From Amoeboradix gromovi X-113 (Eukaryota > Fungi > Sanchytriomycota), in the NCBI GenBank assembly GCA_018985225.1, contig JADGIF010000027.1:1832-33831 (forward strand): a DNA stretch of 32,000 nt, read 5' to 3'. The translations under genes and the position numbers were made by a program. This document shows positions 28,856-32,000 of the stretch, piece after piece. Positions within the stretch are counted from its first letter, which is position 1, and every line of letters starts with the position of its first letter. The notes beneath the pieces were generated by a model. That model did not search any database. It had not been told where the DNA came from and saw nothing but the letters and a program-made list of their open reading frames with translations.

Positions 28856-31000
28856 TTACTTAACCATTTTATTCACCAACTGGTTTATGCTGTCCTCATA
28901 CGCAATTGGCAAATGATCACTCAACATTGTCTTTGAGAATGTCAAATGTCCAAATACCTGCGCAACATCATCAACTTGATCCAAGCTAATCAACACCTGC
29001 TCAGTCTCATGGAAATAAGAGGAGCCTTGCGCATCTGTGGTGTAGATACGAGATGTACTTGACGCGCTCGGATATAATGAATGTGCAGCCCAATTGGTGA
29101 AAGATGAAAGGAACTGAGTTGCTGAAGAAGTGTAGTTGGTTACTGTACTTGATACTGTGCTAACTATAGTAGCTGCTTCTTGTGCTGTATCTTCCGGATG
29201 TTCCACTGTAATTGCTGCGATGCTCTTTGGTATTCGTTTATTGATTGTTCTACATCTGATCCACAACACTTTACCGGCAGGTACCAATTTGACAGCCTTA
29301 CTTGCTTTAGTAATTCCCTTCATTGCTATCCATAGATACTCTTCGTCTACCTTTTCGCTAATGTCTAATCCCAAAGAATGAGAAATAATCTTTTCACTAC
29401 AGTTTGGTTCAAAATCACCCAAAAAGTCAATCATGTACTTCAGATCCTGAACTAGCCCTAAACTAAGAGTAGGAACCATATCATTGCCATGAACAACAGA
29501 TGTTATCAGATACTGACATTTCTGGCTCAATGCCTGATCCACAATGCACGGAATACCATATGCAAAACACTTGATGGATGTTTTACTGCCATTGAACAAC
29601 AATTTGGAGGTTTTATTTACTAGCACATCACTCCACAAGATAGCCAACATTCCTGCGATCCCACCGCCCAGAGAATGTCCTGTAAGTATAAGATTATATG
29701 AACTGTTGATCAATAGTGCATCCTTGACATCTTCTATAATATGTGATTCTAGTTTCCTAGCACATTCCAATATCCCCTTATGCACTTTATGACCATTGAA
29801 GTCAGTATATTCACAAGTGAAATCAGTCAAGGCGTCACTTAAACCCATTGTACCGCGGAATGTCAGTACTACTGACTCATTGGAATGATCTACACTTAAA
29901 TAATAGACAACAGGTCCCATTTCCAACTTTTTTTGAAGCTTTAATGAATTTAGAGTTTCGTCCACAATATGAATCGGATGACTTCCTTGTTTGTTAGATT
30001 CCTGATATGTACTAGAGATGATGTCTTGCGGTGGAATATTAACTTTGTGGGCAAAAGACCAGTGATTTGGATGGCAAATATCACCATAAACACTTGGAAC
30101 CTTTTTGACACCAAATATTCTCATAAATCGCTTACCATACGCAGCCAATGAGTACTGTATATACATTTGGAGATCAAGAAGCAATTGTCTGTCCATTGTA
30201 CCTTTGTATTTATCCATGATCTCGTAGTGATTGATAATATTAGGGACCGATTTCTGCTTAAGCGATTCGATTGAAGGGCTTTTTAACAAAGAATCCATAC
30301 TAGACCTTTTCAAATAGGACTTAAACTGACTGACTTCATCATTGGGGTCTTCGACAACTTCCATTGGAGGCGACAACTCATCTTTACTGAATTCTTGATT
30401 AAACTCCTCCAAAATCGATTCATCAGAATCTAAATGATCATTGAGGGGTTTGTCAACAATCGTATAGCCCAAGTGAGTCAGACGATAAGCATCCAACATT
30501 CTACTGTAAGTATTATACTGCAATAAACAATAGGCAACCATGGATTTGGTAATTGTGCCAGTTAGCGCTACCTTTTGTAAAACTCCAATGTTCTCAGGAC
30601 AGAGCTCCTTTAACAGCAGCTCGATAATAGCAGCCAAAGCTCTTGAAGTTTCTGTAGAGCCGAATAAACCGTCAATTAGCTTAATGAGTTCTTCAGCGGC
30701 TGTACTAGTGATTCGAGTAGTTACTGTGGCTAAATTCAAAGTAGACATGGTAACTAGCTCTGCTAAATTGAAAGCATGGTGAATTACGTAAGAGCCGAGT
30801 GAAGAGTATCTTTCAAGATGATCTGGATTGTATACAGCACTAGTTAACAAATTGCGACTTGCTTTCAAAGATTGCTCGGTAGAATAACGAACAGCTTCAA
30901 TACTAGCCTCAATTAATAGTGCGCAGCAACGAATGGACAATCTGGTGTAATTAGATGCTTTTGTAATTGTATTTGCAATCGAGGGAAACAATGGATCCAT
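28856..31000 (-). CDS. Class 3 lipase (diacylglycerol-lipase-like), fungal type with N-terminal helical region
   Basis: VVLTFRGTMGLSDALTD, VHKGI, LTGHSLGGG, CFAYGIP, DMVPTLS and MLSDHLP..YE. Confidence 0.93.
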   Translation of the reverse strand: MDPLFPSIANTITKASNYTRLSIRCCALLIEASIEAVRYSTEQSLKASRNLLTSAVYNPDHLERYSSLGSYVIHHAFNLAELVTMSTLNLATVTTRITSTAAEELIKLIDGLFGSTETSRALAAIIELLLKELCPENIGVLQKVALTGTITKSMVAYCLLQYNTYSRMLDAYRLTHLGYTIVDKPLNDHLDSDESILEEFNQEFSKDELSPPMEVVEDPNDEVSQFKSYLKRSSMDSLLKSPSIESLKQKSVPNIINHYEIMDKYKGTMDRQLLLDLQMYIQYSLAAYGKRFMRIFGVKKVPSVYGDICHPNHWSFAHKVNIPPQDIISSTYQESNKQGSHPIHIVDETLNSLKLQKKLEMGPVVYYLSVDHSNESVVLTFRGTMGLSDALTDFTCEYTDFNGHKVHKGILECARKLESHIIEDVKDALLINSSYNLILTGHSLGGGIAGMLAILWSDVLVNKTSKLLFNGSKTSIKCFAYGIPCIVDQALSQKCQYLITSVVHGNDMVPTLSLGLVQDLKYMIDFLGDFEPNCSEKIISHSLGLDISEKVDEEYLWIAMKGITKASKAVKLVPAGKVLWIRCRTINKRIPKSIAAITVEHPEDTAQEAATIVSTVSSTVTNYTSSATQFLSSFTNWAAHSLYPSASSTSRIYTTDAQGSSYFHETEQVLISLDQVDDVAQVFGHLTFSKTMLSDHLPIAYEDSINQLVNKMVK

Positions 31001-31731
31001 GAGGGGAAATTGGACATATGGGACATCATATAAAAACCAGATGAAGGCGAAAAATTATGTGGCTTCATGTATGGTATATTCGCATTATTTGGCAGACGAT
31101 AAATCAAAAACGAAAATTATATTGAGTAATTAAATAATAGATCTCGTAAAATTAATGATAATAAAATTTATTTCATATTCTTTGCTACATCAGTAGGATG
31201 CTTCTAAGCTGCTTATTTAATTCATCATTCTTGAAGAGTAGGTGCTCAAAGCCTTTTTCATTCAAATGAATAATTTACCTGTAATATGCCTGGGGAGCCC
31301 TTAGGAATCCCAGCGTATACACTGGCATATGCTTGAATCTTTATAATGTCTGTGAATGCTTCTATACTTATCATCATTCCGTGTAAGCTGCATTAAATCA
31401 ATTTTTATTAACTATTTTCCCTTTCTCATCTTTTTTGGCAGCGTGCAACCCCTACAACTATTTTTGTAATTGCACTGATCATTTTAATCCAGTTTTCTGG
31501 TATTATTACAACAGTCTGATGCAAATTGGACATTATAACTTTGGGTACTTTTTGGTATTTTTTGATGTCTAATTCCATAAATACTTCTTTTGGTGTTCCA
31601 TTCTACTCTCCTCGCATTTTGCTTTTACAGAGAATGTCCCATTCATTTGTCATATTATTAAAGGGATTGAGCCCAATTCAAGCCCACATTTTGATGGGCA
31701 ATTTTGACAATGTAGGTCCCAAATTGCAGTT

Positions 31732-32000
31732 ACAGCTCGATTGTTTTCTTGAATAAATCATTTATCGCGAATTTGTATGGATTTTTATATGATTTCATGA
31801 CTTTTCCAGATTTTTCAAATAGCTTAAATACTCGATGTTCTTCCTTTTCGCAAATGGTAAATGGAATAAATAGATGTTATCCTGAATATGTCAATTCTAA
31901 AGAAATAACTAGTAGGTACAGCATACATTCGTCTCAGACTGATAAGCTTGTCCAAACACGGAAATTTGATGCCATGTACAATATGTGGCACTCTAAAGAA
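31732..32000 (+). mobile_element. Non-autonomous IS607/Fanzor2-type element, copy 2 (runs off the window)
   Basis: 31732-31927 aligns ungapped to the reverse complement of 22033-22228 with 16 mismatches in 196 nt (hand count). It then carries a longer tnpA-like stub and jumps to catgtacaatatgtggcactctaaagaa (CTICGTLK), homologous to CTRCGTLK in copy 1. Confidence 0.88.

Noticed and set aside
2005-30782. Numerous short ORFs nested within long genes (e.g. 24203..24748, 10054..10383, 5164..5499)
   Set aside because: These are antisense or alternate-frame shadows of well-supported CDSs with no independent evidence.
31100-31731. Possible decayed gene on the minus strand next to element copy 2 (and track ORF 31526..31756)
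   Set aside because: Only short stop-interrupted frames with no motif I can recognise.

Overview
Eukaryotic, AT-rich, very gene-dense DNA that looks like a reduced early-diverging fungus or other holomycotan (lineage is inferred from gene content and compaction, not proven). It holds about 15 housekeeping or cell-surface genes: an alpha/beta-hydrolase-phosphatase fusion (truncated by the window edge), aminopeptidase P, an Rpd3-type HDAC, a large LRR multi-TM receptor-like protein, a fatty-acid elongase, mitochondrial IF3, an RFC small subunit, a cullin-4-like protein, an ABCF ATPase, a Gln/Met-rich repeat protein, a ROCK/MRCK-like kinase, spermidine synthase, acylphosphatase and a class-3 lipase. 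Two things stand out. (1) All five introns I can define from reading-frame breaks are exactly 19 nt, with consensus GTAYTWNNNRYTWATNTAG, a fixed branch-point position and no +5 G. (2) There is a family of non-autonomous IS607/Fanzor2 (eukaryotic TnpB) derivatives. Two copies (about 21610-22228 minus and 31732->32000 plus) share a 196-nt left end at about 92% identity but have different internal deletions. The complete copy keeps a hairpin-rich right end resembling an omegaRNA. A third, older TnpB relic lies at about 13.6-14.0 kb. A gene-free island at 13.3-16.6 kb also contains a 68-bp perfect inverted repeat and a decayed Crinkler-like nuclease/kinase pseudogene.
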